DNA from: a virus
DNA: 56,219 bases
Strand: one strand, 5' to 3'
Virus record (IMG/VR): IMGVR_UViG_3300045988_063094
Location: 1-56,219 of that record
Part shown: positions 16,958 through 26,318 of the stretch, one piece after another
Numbering within the stretch: the first letter of the stretch is position 1
Layout: every line of letters starts with the position of its first letter
Translations under genes and position numbers: made by a program
Notes under the pieces: generated by a model
The model's database searches: none
Seen by the model: only the letters and a program-made list of their open reading frames with translations
What the model was told of the DNA's origin: nothing

Positions 16958-18456
16958 TTTTCCCCTCCGTTCTTTTCGTCGGCCTGTTCGTTCATCATTT
17001 TGTTAGCGTCAACAATATGGTCTACAGGCTGTTCCTGCGGCTTCGGCGCTTTTCCATCCTCGCCCAGCTTGCCAGCGGCAATCAGGAAGGGCTTACTCAT
17101 TTCGTAAGCAGCCTGCGGGTCGGGGAACAGACCAGGCGTTGTGAACGCCAACTGCGGGTCAATGCTTTGGCTGAGCATCTGTGCAAAAATCTGAACCTTG
17201 CTCTGCTGGTTATCGTACTGACGGCGCGGCAGTTTGATGTTGATGTCACTTGCCATCAACTTAGAACCAGCCGTATCACGCAGGATTTTCAGCATCACAG
17301 ACAGGCTTTGGCGTTCAGCGTACTTGAACATATTCTCGTACTGCTGTGCCCTTGCTTCTGTGTGATTCCAGCCGTTGCGGACGATAACTGCACCCACGTT
17401 GTCGGACGTTGCATTCTCGCTGCCAGTGGCACTTGGCATGGCAGTCAGACTGCGGTACACGTTCAACATGGAGTCAAGCAGGGTTTGACTCTGCTGCTGG
17501 TCAAGCTCATTCGCAATCTGCGAAACGGAAGCAGGCAGACCAGGAGTGGATTTCAGGCACATTGCGCCAAGCTCTTTTACTTTGTCAAGAGCACCCTTGT
17601 CCACAAGGCAATTGGTAAACACCATGATGGACTGGATGAACTGCGCCACACCGTCCAGCCGGTTGCTTTCAAGGTCGTTGATGGCATCCAACACAGGGAT
17701 AGCGGGTTCAAACAGACCCATACGCTCCGGGTTGAGCTTATATTCGACCATAGGCAACATTCCCAGAGAGTGATTCTCAGACTTTGTGACCTTGCCGTTG
17801 TCGATTTCAAAGTACTGGTTTGGCGTGTACACGCAAATCAGGTCGTTCAAGTCGTTCTGATAATTGCGTGGAATGTGCAGCACGTTGGCAATCGGCTTGT
17901 GACCGATGCCGGAGTTGTAAATCACATACGCCATGTCCGGGTCTGGAACGTCCACCAGCAGGGGCGTTTCGTCCGGGTAGTTGCCACCATACCCCTTGTC
18001 AGGAAGAACGATGCGGTATCCCTGCCCGCACTCCAACATCCACTGCCAGAGCCGCCGATCAAGCGCATCCTTTCCCTCATACTGCAAGGCGTTGGACAGG
18101 CGAGCGATTTCCTCACCGTCACCAGTTGCCGTTTCAGACCGCACATAAGAGCAAGGAGTGCCACTCATGTAACCTGTGTAGAAGCCCACGCATTCATTGG
18201 CATGGTTCTCTACAATGCGGTTGGTGATTTCAGCGTGGTATTCCTTCGTGCGTTCGAGGACAGGCTGGCTACCCAAGTAGTAGTTGTGCAGAAAGCGGAT
18301 CTCGTTCTTGTTCAGCAGATGAATAGGATCTGCCTTGCCCGTGACCACTTTTAGCACGTTTGCCCGATTGATTTCCGTCTCCGGCGTTTCAATCGGTCTG
18401 CGCCCGGTCAGCGGCTCATTCAAAAAGCCGCCAACAACCATCTGATACTCAGCCAT
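16954..18456 (-). CDS. portal protein (SPP1 gp6-like)
   Basis: 500 aa, lying between the terminase side and the scaffold. Confidence 0.85.
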   Translation of the reverse strand: MAEYQMVVGGFLNEPLTGRRPIETPETEINRANVLKVVTGKADPIHLLNKNEIRFLHNYYLGSQPVLERTKEYHAEITNRIVENHANECVGFYTGYMSGTPCSYVRSETATGDGEEIARLSNALQYEGKDALDRRLWQWMLECGQGYRIVLPDKGYGGNYPDETPLLVDVPDPDMAYVIYNSGIGHKPIANVLHIPRNYQNDLNDLICVYTPNQYFEIDNGKVTKSENHSLGMLPMVEYKLNPERMGLFEPAIPVLDAINDLESNRLDGVAQFIQSIMVFTNCLVDKGALDKVKELGAMCLKSTPGLPASVSQIANELDQQQSQTLLDSMLNVYRSLTAMPSATGSENATSDNVGAVIVRNGWNHTEARAQQYENMFKYAERQSLSVMLKILRDTAGSKLMASDINIKLPRRQYDNQQSKVQIFAQMLSQSIDPQLAFTTPGLFPDPQAAYEMSKPFLIAAGKLGEDGKAPKPQEQPVDHIVDANKMMNEQADEKNGGEK

Positions 18457-18548
18457 GTGTTCCTCCTTCCTGGCAAAATAAAAAAGCGCAGCAAGAAAAA
18501 CCTGTTAAGGTCTATCTCACTGCGCCAAAACTGCGCTTCAAAAGCTAT

Positions 18549-18731
18549 TTACTTTTCGGGTGGATGGATGATTTTCACCCATCCTTCCCTTGTGTCTCCT
18601 TCGATAACGCCCTTGCATCTGTCGCACTTGAAATGGTATCGTCCGTCCACTTCGCCAAGATAGCGGTTGCAGCGGACGTTCTTATAGATGGGGTTCTGCC
18701 GGATACAAGGGCAACAGATTCTAACTAGCAT
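18549..18731 (-). CDS. small Cys-rich zinc-ribbon protein
   Basis: 60 aa with CCPC ... C..C pairs. Confidence 0.4.
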   Translation of the reverse strand: MLVRICCPCIRQNPIYKNVRCNRYLGEVDGRYHFKCDRCKGVIEGDTREGWVKIIHPPEK

Positions 18732-18899
18732 GAGCGCTCCTTTCGTTGGATTTCTGGAAACAGGCTGTTGAGCACAGACCTGTCAGAAGCTACTGGGAAA
18801 CTATTCGCACTTCCAGCCGTGCTATTCTTCGCCCGAAGAAAACCATTGCAGCCGTTTCATTCTGCTGTCGGACAGACGTAAAACGGGAAGCTGCAATTT

Positions 18900-18977
18900 T
18901 GGTGCTGCATAATGGATTTGAACCAATGTAGGTCCGGTTATGAGCCGGATGCTCTAGCCATACTGAGCTAATGCAAC
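18900..18977 (-). tRNA. tRNA-Met (anticodon CAU; could also be a lysidine-type Ile2)
   Basis: Manual cloverleaf: acceptor GTTGCAT/ATGCAGC, D arm GCTC/GAGC, anticodon arm TCCGG-CTCATAA-CCGGA, T loop TTCAAAT, encoded CCA. One U-U mismatch in the T stem. Confidence 0.75.
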
Positions 18978-19108
18978 ATAAAAGCCTGGCTTAGCAAGCC
19001 GTTGCTCTTTGCAATGTGAAAAATCTTAAAAGCATTGCATCGAGAGCCAGGAATAACGGCAGAGGTATTATCAGGAGAATATGTCCACGCAAAGCAAGAG
19101 AATCGTTG

Positions 19109-19185
19109 TGCTGCGTAGCGGGTTTGAACCGCTTCGTGTCAGTTGGGGGAGTACAAACAACGTTTCGTCCACTCGAAAACGCAAC
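19109..19185 (-). ncRNA. tRNA-like element with an aberrant anticodon arm
   Basis: Good acceptor stem (GTTGCGT/ACGCAGC) and T arm (AGCGG-TTCAAAC-CCGCT). The anticodon arm is only a 4-bp stem with a 12-nt loop, and no CCA is encoded. Confidence 0.3.
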
Positions 19186-19391
19186 ATATAATCCCCGCGA
19201 CAGAGAAAGGCAGCTGTCGCGGGTAAATGAGAAAGGAGTGTAATGCAACAAACTGACGAGTAAAAATGACTAAAACCACGTCAATGCAATACATTAGAGG
19301 AAGCTACAAATCTTCCTGTTTATATTTTAAGTCAAAATGCAACCCAAAATCAAATTTTTGTTTCCAAGCACCGCTATATATGATACTTTTA

Positions 19392-21056
19392 TCAAAAAGG
19401 CCTCTTGACAGGCTCAATTTTACTGATTCCGTTATATAATTCATCGGCAAGCTGTGCCAGACTGTCCGGTGCATCATCGTGCGGAACTTTGCCAAGCTGC
19501 GTGAACATCGTCACCTGTTCCATGAACGCTTTGTACTCTTTCGACTGGTGTTTTTCATCAAGGAAATAGAACCGTTTGATATCCGGCGCATACTGGATGA
19601 TTCTGGACAGCTTGCTTTGTCCGCTCGGCGCACGCTGGCTGCGGACAGAACAGTGGTATCCCTGCTGCCGGAGCTGGCTGTCTACCACATCGCAATATTC
19701 GTCACCGCCGTTGTTGGCTTCGCCACGCACCACGTTGATTTTATGCTGGATGATTTTGCCAACGACTTCCGGTCTGGTCACGGTCTTGTCGCCGTTATTG
19801 AACACAAGATCAGGGATGAACACGGCATCGCCGTACACATAAGCAATAGGGCAGGCGGTAAAGTCACCGCCACCCCATGCAATATCCATGACCATGAGCT
19901 TGCGATCGGGCTCACCATCAGGCAGAACGCCATTAAAATATCGCAGTTCATCGGCAGGGAAGAGCAGACCTTCACGCTCAACAGGTTGGTTCATGTACAA
20001 AGCTTTCCAACTCATTTCATCCATGACTTCGCGTTGCTTGCGGAGCGTTTCTGTGCTATATCCCACACCGTAGTCATAATCGAAGTTGGATTCGTCTTTT
20101 TCGTTCATTGCTGGCATAACAATAAACCTGTTCCTGTCGGAATCGCCGTAGTTTTGCTCTAATCGTCCGATAACATCATGGACAGACCAGCGTGTAGCAA
20201 TATGCAGTTCTTTGCACTTATTACCGATTTTTCGCTGTCTAAGGTCGGTTGTGTACGTTTCCCACAGCTTATCAAGGCGGGGTTTGGAAAGTGCCACTTC
20301 GATACCTGACACAAGGTCATCGCAGTAGAGAAGCGTAGATGCACGGTACAGACCAGCATTACCAGTGCCAATAGACGTAAATTCTAGCGTTTCAAAGCGC
20401 TTTCTCTTGCCCAAGTCGATGCGGCAGTCCTTCGCATTTGTGTTCGACACAGTAACGTCCGGGAAAACATCATTCCACAGGTATTCTCCGTCTTTGTCGA
20501 ATATACGCAAGCACTCGTCATAAACGCCACGCACAAAGCTGTTCGAGTGAGAGCCTGTAAGCATCGGTTCGTCAGGGTTTCTTCCTGCAAGCCATGTCAG
20601 ATAGAAAATAGCTAGAGCCGTCTTACCACAGCCGGGGGGCATCGAGATTGCCAGCAAGTCCAATCTGTCATCCGCAAGGTCTTGCAGGGCGTTCGCAACG
20701 GTTCTCAACACCTTTCTTCTCGGCTGATAGAACTTCTTCTCCGGCGCACGGTTCCATTCAAGGTAGATGCAATAGCTGTCAAACACATCCTTTGCTTCAA
20801 ACAGGTACGTCCGGCTGATAATGTCATAGACCTTCGCCACGTCCTCGCCTGTTTTCATCTTGCCCATCATGGCTGCACAGACAGAGCGCAGCTCACCAGA
20901 GTATTTGTAGGCATCGAACCGCTTGTCTTGCGGCAGAGCATCTCTCAGGTTCACGACCGCCTGAAACCAGTCCTCATATACCTGTGCTTCGGTCGGATTC
21001 TGCTTTGCATATGCTTTGATGCTGTCGATGATGGTAATGCACTGCTTTGGCTGCAT
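19392..21056 (-). CDS. terL: terminase large subunit
   Basis: Walker A PPGCGKT plus a C-terminal nuclease-type region. Start taken at MQPKQ (21056). Confidence 0.9.
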   Translation of the reverse strand: MQPKQCITIIDSIKAYAKQNPTEAQVYEDWFQAVVNLRDALPQDKRFDAYKYSGELRSVCAAMMGKMKTGEDVAKVYDIISRTYLFEAKDVFDSYCIYLEWNRAPEKKFYQPRRKVLRTVANALQDLADDRLDLLAISMPPGCGKTALAIFYLTWLAGRNPDEPMLTGSHSNSFVRGVYDECLRIFDKDGEYLWNDVFPDVTVSNTNAKDCRIDLGKRKRFETLEFTSIGTGNAGLYRASTLLYCDDLVSGIEVALSKPRLDKLWETYTTDLRQRKIGNKCKELHIATRWSVHDVIGRLEQNYGDSDRNRFIVMPAMNEKDESNFDYDYGVGYSTETLRKQREVMDEMSWKALYMNQPVEREGLLFPADELRYFNGVLPDGEPDRKLMVMDIAWGGGDFTACPIAYVYGDAVFIPDLVFNNGDKTVTRPEVVGKIIQHKINVVRGEANNGGDEYCDVVDSQLRQQGYHCSVRSQRAPSGQSKLSRIIQYAPDIKRFYFLDEKHQSKEYKAFMEQVTMFTQLGKVPHDDAPDSLAQLADELYNGISKIEPVKRPF

Positions 21057-21162
21057 AAAAAAATAGGCACCCCCTACCTGAAAATGTAAAGAGTGCCTAC
21101 AACTGCACAAAAATCAAATATTCGGTTTTATTCTAGGTTGCGAAAAACGTCAACTGAAAATA

Positions 21163-21270
21163 TCACAGAACGCACCTCGCAACCACAACTACAATGAAGA
21201 ACCCGGTAAGCAATCCAACGACTGCCCCCGCAAGCCAGTCATACGAGTTTCTGTTGTTCCACTTATCCAT
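21163..21270 (-). CDS. small single-TM protein (35 aa)
   Basis: ATG ORF MDKWNNRNSYDWLAGAVVGLLTGFFIVVVVARCVL. Below the ORF-track cutoff. Confidence 0.3.
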   Translation of the reverse strand: MDKWNNRNSYDWLAGAVVGLLTGFFIVVVVARCVL

Positions 21271-21326
21271 AGGCTCTTACTCCTTTCACCTGTTCTGTTC
21301 AGCAATCCGATACCATGTCTGGCGGG

Positions 21327-21518
21327 TCACATAAATCCGTGTTCCTTTGCGTAAGCTGTAATATGTGGGAAAATATCTAGCGGTGCGTTGCTATCAACTA
21401 ACTTCTTTACGGTTTCTTCCATACCGATCTCAAGAATGTATTCTGTAACAGTAGCTGTCACGTTGTCCATGAAATTATTGATTGCCTCCGATTTACAATA
21501 ACTATTCGCCATATTCAT
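21327..21518 (-). CDS. hypothetical protein upstream of the terminase
   Basis: Start chosen at MNMANSY. No recognisable small-terminase features. Confidence 0.4.
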   Translation of the reverse strand: MNMANSYCKSEAINNFMDNVTATVTEYILEIGMEETVKKLVDSNAPLDIFPHITAYAKEHGFM

Positions 21519-21727
21519 TCTTCTTTGGTGTTGTGTTCCCCCAAAAGAAATGATATAATACTCATGTACTATCATCCTGTTGAGGGATTGGTGGTCTTTT
21601 GTTTGTAGCAGCGGCTTGTGGTGAGCCGCCGCTTTTTTATTTTTAGTTTTCCTTGTTTATTAGAAGAAAGAATGGTATACTATGGTTGCACCATTCTTTT
21701 TCCTGTTTTGATGAAGTTGGTGTACTC

Positions 21728-22393
21728 TTAGCGGTGGCTTGTGGTTGGGCTGCCGCTATTTTTATTTGCGTATCTTTCGACACGCTCATACCAAGTGGAT
21801 TTCCCGATGCCAAGTTGCTTGCAGCACTCTTTTACGGTAATTTTGCCTTTTTGCTGTTGCTCTAATAGGCTTTCAAACTGCTGCTCGTCAATTTGCTTTT
21901 CCTGTCTGCCAAAGCTACGGCCTGTTCTGGCCGACACTCTCTTGCCATCAACAATAGGCATGGCAGCTATACCCTCTGCCTGACGTTGCTTAGTTTTCTT
22001 GCGTTCCTGTTCAGCTACTGCGCCCAAAACCTCAATAAGGATGTTGTTCACCATTTCCAGCACCCATGTCTGGTCTTGGAAGTCAATCAGCGTAGTTGGA
22101 ATGTCAAGAATGCGAACAATCACGCCTTTTTCTTTGAACCACTGAAGTTCTCGCTTCATCTCGTCTTTGTCACGCCCGAATCGGTCAAATTCCTTAACGA
22201 TGACTTCATCCCCAGCCTTGACAGTCTCTTTCAATCGTTTATATTGCGGGCGATCAAAGCTGCTGCCTGTCATTTTATCACAAAATACATTCTCGTCCGG
22301 GATGTCGAACCGATCTCGTGCGATTTTAAGCTGTCTTGCAAGGCTTTGCTCCTTACTAGACACTCTAGCTAAGAAGTAACGCATTTTTTTCAC
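21728..22393 (-). CDS. small serine recombinase (resolvase/invertase family)
   Basis: N-terminus YFLARVSSKEQSLARQ (catalytic Ser context), DRFGRD motif, C-terminal HTH. 221 aa, too short for a large serine integrase. Confidence 0.85.
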   Translation of the reverse strand: MKKMRYFLARVSSKEQSLARQLKIARDRFDIPDENVFCDKMTGSSFDRPQYKRLKETVKAGDEVIVKEFDRFGRDKDEMKRELQWFKEKGVIVRILDIPTTLIDFQDQTWVLEMVNNILIEVLGAVAEQERKKTKQRQAEGIAAMPIVDGKRVSARTGRSFGRQEKQIDEQQFESLLEQQQKGKITVKECCKQLGIGKSTWYERVERYANKNSGSPTTSHR

Positions 22394-22396
22394 CCA

Positions 22397-22618
22397 TCAC
22401 TTGATGTCAAACCCATTTTCGACTTTTGTCTCACGAGGAACTACCATAATCTTGTATCCCATAACCCTTAGTGTTTCATCCAGCTTGTTGACACTAATGT
22501 TTTTGTGCCTTAGACGTTCATTCAAGGTTTTAAGCGGAATGTCAAGCATATCACTTAACTTCGCTTGGTTCAATTCCTTCAATTTCAAAATTTCCTTTAT
22601 CGCTTCACTTGCCGTCAT
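22397..22618 (-). CDS. HTH DNA-binding regulator
   Basis: 73 aa, LNQAKLSDMLDIPLKTLNERL. First gene of the recombinase operon. Confidence 0.65.
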   Translation of the reverse strand: MTASEAIKEILKLKELNQAKLSDMLDIPLKTLNERLRHKNISVNKLDETLRVMGYKIMVVPRETKVENGFDIK

Positions 22619-22645
22619 TTTTCTTCGCCATCCTTTCTTGATTCT

Positions 22646-22673
22646 ATTATATCAAGATATTTCTGGATGTCAA
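22646..22673 (-). promoter_or_regulatory. near-consensus promoter of the HTH-recombinase operon
   Basis: Minus strand reads TTGACA, 16-bp spacer, TATAAT. The spacer is one copy of the 16-bp direct repeat. Confidence 0.55.
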
Positions 22674-22685
22674 GATATTTCTGGA
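22652..22685. repeat. two 16-bp direct repeats TCAAGATATTTCTGGA, 18 bp apart
   Basis: Exact copies at 22652-22667 and 22670-22685, overlapping the promoter. Confidence 0.85.
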
Positions 22686-22719
22686 CTTTCTTTGCTTGCG
22701 CTTATATTATATATAAATA

Positions 22720-22751
22720 TACTCTAGTATGTATTTATACATACTAGAGTA
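22720..22751. repeat. perfect 32-bp palindrome (15-bp arms, central TT)
   Basis: TACTCTAGTATGTAT tt ATACATACTAGAGTA. Confidence 0.9.
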
Positions 22752-22841
22752 GTATAAGGGTGTTTACTTAGTTAATCACAATCAGGTAGAAAATTTTCTA
22801 TAATAAGGAGTAATTCTGCCGAACTTCATTTCCGTAAAACT

Positions 22842-23084
22842 TTGGGTCTTGATAAGCATATTTTCACGCTTTATACTTGTTCCAGCGAAAGCGAGGTGAT
22901 AGGCTTGGCAAGACGAGCAGGAACCTCAGAACGTGATAAGCTGCGCATGATAAGCACCCGGCTCACTGAGAACCAGATCGCAAGCATGGAGAGCAGCGCA
23001 AAGGCATTGGGCATCTCAAAGGTCGATGTTATCCGCATGGGTATTGAGTGGGTAGCATCATACGTTGAGAACATCAAAGCATAA
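22842..23084 (+). CDS. ribbon-helix-helix-like protein
   Basis: RMISTRLTENQIASMESSAKALGISKVDVIRMGIEWV. The tracked start is TTG; an ATG at 22947 is an alternative. Confidence 0.4.
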   Translation: MGLDKHIFTLYTCSSESEVIGLARRAGTSERDKLRMISTRLTENQIASMESSAKALGISKVDVIRMGIEWVASYVENIKA

Positions 23085-23237
23085 AAAAATAAGCTACCAG
23101 CGCCACCGTCCAAAGTTACGCTGATAGCTTATCCACATCACGAAACGAGAACCTGCAACCACCAAGGGGTCAGTCTCCCTTTTCGGAATCTATTATACCA
23201 AAAAGGGCTGCTCTCCGCAAGAGTTAGGAGAAAAAAC

Positions 23238-23450
23238 ATGAACTTTCCCACGACAACCGAAGAATTTCTGAAAACCTTTGCCCACGGCAAAGAGCCGACC
23301 AGCGAGGACATGGAGTACGCAGAAGCACTGGGCAAGCTGTCCGAGCTGAATTACCGGGCAGGGTACGAAGCGGGAGTAGCCAAAAATAAGGGCTTAGTTT
23401 TGTGCAAGTCTACAAATTTTGACATCAACGCTATCGAGTGCTATATGTAG
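23238..23450 (+). CDS. hypothetical protein
   Basis: 70-aa ATG ORF with a GGAG RBS. Confidence 0.5.
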   Translation: MNFPTTTEEFLKTFAHGKEPTSEDMEYAEALGKLSELNYRAGYEAGVAKNKGLVLCKSTNFDINAIECYM

Positions 23451-23461
23451 CACTTCTTTTC

Positions 23462-23489
23462 TTGACTTAACACAAAATAAGGTTATACT
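23462..23489 (+). promoter_or_regulatory. candidate promoter
   Basis: TTGACT, 16-bp spacer, TATACT. Confidence 0.4.
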
Positions 23490-23523
23490 AACATCACCAG
23501 CAAATGAAAGGAGGTAAATAAAC

Positions 23524-23700
23524 ATGAGTAGTCCTTACGCCGAGCGGTTCAAGCGAACACTGACGATCAGTATGACTGACAAGCAGTTTGAGCATTTGCA
23601 AGCGTACTGCATCAAGAAGCGCGTATCGTTGTCCTTTGCGCTTCGAGATGCGTTCTTTACGCTGCATCCCATCCCGGAGACCGATGAAAACGAAAAATGA
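23524..23700 (+). CDS. small ribbon-helix-helix (CopG-like) protein (58 aa)
   Basis: AAAGGAGG RBS. KRTLTISMTDKQFEHLQAYCIKKRVSLSFALRDAF. Below the ORF-track cutoff. Confidence 0.5.
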   Translation: MSSPYAERFKRTLTISMTDKQFEHLQAYCIKKRVSLSFALRDAFFTLHPIPETDENEK

Positions 23701-23817
23701 TACGTCCGCTAAAGTTTGCCGACCGCAGCGAACGTATCATCAAAACCACTGGAACAAGCTGTTCCAGCTTTATTATAGCAGGAATTGGCTTGTTCCGCAA
23801 GAACCATAGGAGTTTTT

Positions 23818-24585
23818 ATGGAACAAAAGGTTAAATATGCTATCAATCTTATCAGCGAAAACGGACAGGTTGTCGTGTCTAGTCGTGAAGTAGCAGAACA
23901 CTTCGGTAAAGAGCACAAAACGGTTTTGCGTTCAATCGAAGAACTGGCGGCACAAAATTGTGCCACCAAATCCATGTTCTACGAAACCACGTTTGAAAAT
24001 CGTGGTAAGCAGTACCCGATGTACTTAATGAACCGAGATGGATTTAGTTTGCTCACGTTTGGATTTACTGGCAAGGAAGCCCTTGAATGGAAGCTCAAGT
24101 ACATTGACGCTTTCAATCAGATGGAACAGAAGCTTACCAACCCGGAACCTGAATCTACGGAAATGCTGTTGAGCCGCGCTCTGATCGCCGCTAACAGTGT
24201 TATCGACACGGAGCGCAAGAAAGTAAAGGCTCTGGAAGTGGAAAACGCCAAGATGAAGCCTGATTCTGACTACGCAAAGGCTATGCTGCTTTCCGATGAA
24301 AGCCTGACTACCACGCAGATTGCCATGAACTACGGCATGAGTGCACGAAAGCTGAACCAGATTCTTAGAGGGCTTGGCATCCAACATACTGTGAACAAAC
24401 AGTGGATTCCTTACCAGAAGTATCTTGGCAACGGATACGTTGTCGGGCATCCGATCGAGCTGCCGAACGGCAAGACGAAAGAAGTCACCCGCTGGACGAG
24501 AGCTGGTCAGAAGTTCATTTACAGCAAGCTCAAAGAAGCGGGCTATCTTCCTGTTGGCGAGCAGATTAGAATGGAGACGTGCTGA
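23818..24585 (+). CDS. Rha-family regulatory protein with a KilAC-type antirepressor C-terminus
   Basis: VVVSSREVAEHFGKEHKTVLRSIE ... YLMNRDGFSLLTFGFTGKEALEWKLKYIDAFN. Confidence 0.75.
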   Translation: MEQKVKYAINLISENGQVVVSSREVAEHFGKEHKTVLRSIEELAAQNCATKSMFYETTFENRGKQYPMYLMNRDGFSLLTFGFTGKEALEWKLKYIDAFNQMEQKLTNPEPESTEMLLSRALIAANSVIDTERKKVKALEVENAKMKPDSDYAKAMLLSDESLTTTQIAMNYGMSARKLNQILRGLGIQHTVNKQWIPYQKYLGNGYVVGHPIELPNGKTKEVTRWTRAGQKFIYSKLKEAGYLPVGEQIRMETC

Positions 24586-24872
24586 TGGACTATTTGAAGG
24601 AAGTGTTTCGGCTGCAAGCTGAAAACAAGGAACATCAGGAGAACTTAAAGAAGTGGTTTGAAGCTCTCGGTCTCGCTCTGTCTATTCTGATGCCGGAAAA
24701 GGACAATCTTACAGACGAGGAAAAGAAAGAACGTGACAATATTTATTTTGCCGTTGAATCATGCGTAAAAGGATTCTGTACTAGCAGCCATGCCATCGGC
24801 TACAATGATTGTATGCTTGAAATGGCAAAGCACGGAGCAGCACACGAACCGATTATTTATCCAGAACAGTAA
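24579..24872 (+). CDS. hypothetical protein
   Basis: 97-aa ORF overlapping the stop of the preceding gene. Confidence 0.5.
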   Translation: MLMDYLKEVFRLQAENKEHQENLKKWFEALGLALSILMPEKDNLTDEEKKERDNIYFAVESCVKGFCTSSHAIGYNDCMLEMAKHGAAHEPIIYPEQ

Positions 24873-24883
24873 ATAACACATAA

Positions 24884-24926
24884 GAAAAGCCAGTGGTTAG
24901 AGAACATCTAGCCGCTGGCTTTTTGT
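24884..24926. terminator. bidirectional terminator between convergent genes
   Basis: AGCCAGTGG / CCGCTGGCT stem (one G-U pair), with an A-run on the left and TTTTTG on the right. Confidence 0.6.
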
Positions 24927-24927
24927 G

Positions 24928-25671
24928 TTACATTTGAATTGCTACGACTTCCCACGAAGAATAATTGGAAAGCCCGGAATAGGGGTGAATCTCAAAGTTT
25001 TTCGTTTCGCCCGGTTGGATGTCCAAGACATAATCAATATCTCCGCACACAGGGACTTCTTCTCCGTTCTCATTCTTCATCTTATACAGAACGATGACCT
25101 TTGCGCTTGTCTTGTACGCACTGTTGTTAGTCACTTTTCCGGTGAATCTTGTCTCATAGCCACTACCTCGCTTTGAAGTATTGGTAACAGCCAATTCACC
25201 TGCTCTTAAAACTTCTTTTCCTGCACTCGGCTGATAATTATAGTCCTGTGCTGAAACAGACATTTCGATACCGGCAGGGATAGTACCGTCATACTCGTAT
25301 GTAAAGTACCCAGCATACCAATAAGAATCATTTTCCGCAACCCAGTCCAAATATTCATCGTCTGTTTTAATTACGGAGCCATCCTCTGCAACGACTGCAA
25401 TTTCAATATGTGGAAACCAGGCCGCAAGATTTTTGTTTGTATTCTCGATTTCAAGAGCATAAGAAATATAAATCGTGCTACCATCACGCCACGCATAAGA
25501 CCCATGATTCTTAATGCCCAACGGTTCATACTGCGTTGCATTGGTCTGTTCAAGTTCAATAAGGCCAGACCATTCATCAGGCTTTTTTGCAGCAATTGCA
25601 CTGATAGGCATGGTAAAAATCAAAGCGGCAACAAGAATTGCTGAAGCAAACTTCTTCATCTTTACGTTCAC
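24928..25671 (-). CDS. secreted protein with a signal peptide
   Basis: MKKFASAILVAALIFTMPISAIAA N-terminus. Confidence 0.6.
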   Translation of the reverse strand: MNVKMKKFASAILVAALIFTMPISAIAAKKPDEWSGLIELEQTNATQYEPLGIKNHGSYAWRDGSTIYISYALEIENTNKNLAAWFPHIEIAVVAEDGSVIKTDDEYLDWVAENDSYWYAGYFTYEYDGTIPAGIEMSVSAQDYNYQPSAGKEVLRAGELAVTNTSKRGSGYETRFTGKVTNNSAYKTSAKVIVLYKMKNENGEEVPVCGDIDYVLDIQPGETKNFEIHPYSGLSNYSSWEVVAIQM

Positions 25672-25674
25672 TCC

Positions 25675-26304
25675 TTATTCGTCCACAAGGTCTGCGTACT
25701 TGACTTCGATGCGGGGCAGTTCATCGGTAGTGCTGGTCAATGCTCTGGTGATTTTTTCAAGCCCGGTGAACTCACCATAGACGGTGATAATATCATCGTC
25801 CAGAATCTTCACAGCATCGCCGCCACGCTTATCCAGCATATAATACTCGTCATCAGCATAGAAGCCATATCCGCTGTTGTCCGTGTAGGTTCTCCATGCC
25901 TTCTCGCTGCCGGAGAAGTTTGCGTCAATAATCTGCGAGACCTTTACCTTGACAACAATCTTAGTTCCTTCATACTTTTCAGGATAGCGGCACAGTTCCT
26001 TATAGTCCACAGTCTGGCACTCTGCCTTGTAATCGTCCTCGCTGATTTCTGGAACAACGGATGCAACGGAAGAAGCGGTGGATGCACTTGCCTTAGATGT
26101 TGATTTACTGCTGCTTGCAGAGCCGTCAGAACTACTACCAGAGCCACCAATGGCAGACAGGACAATCAGAACAATGATTGCGATGAACCACCAGCGCTTG
26201 TAGATGGGCGGTTTGTTCTTGCCGCCACACTGAGGACAGACCTTTGCACTTGCGGCAATTTCTGCTCCACAGTGCTTGCACGTTGTCATTTTACTTTTAG
26301 CCAT
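25675..26304 (-). CDS. zinc-ribbon / single-TM / extracellular-domain protein
   Basis: CKHCGAEI..CPQCGG, then WWFIAIIVLIVLSAIGG, then a Ser-rich linker. Confidence 0.65.
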   Translation of the reverse strand: MAKSKMTTCKHCGAEIAASAKVCPQCGGKNKPPIYKRWWFIAIIVLIVLSAIGGSGSSSDGSASSSKSTSKASASTASSVASVVPEISEDDYKAECQTVDYKELCRYPEKYEGTKIVVKVKVSQIIDANFSGSEKAWRTYTDNSGYGFYADDEYYMLDKRGGDAVKILDDDIITVYGEFTGLEKITRALTSTTDELPRIEVKYADLVDE

Positions 26305-26318
26305 TGTAGATTCCTCCT

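Noticed and set aside
19304-19495. 63-aa minus-strand ORF at the 3' end of the terminase gene
   Set aside because: It overlaps the terminase C-terminus in another frame, has no RBS and has an unremarkable product.
21728-22393. The serine recombinase as the phage integrase
   Set aside because: At 221 aa, with an N-terminal catalytic domain and a short C-terminal HTH, it is a resolvase/invertase type. Large serine integrases carry several hundred additional C-terminal residues. I cannot exclude integration by function, only by architecture.
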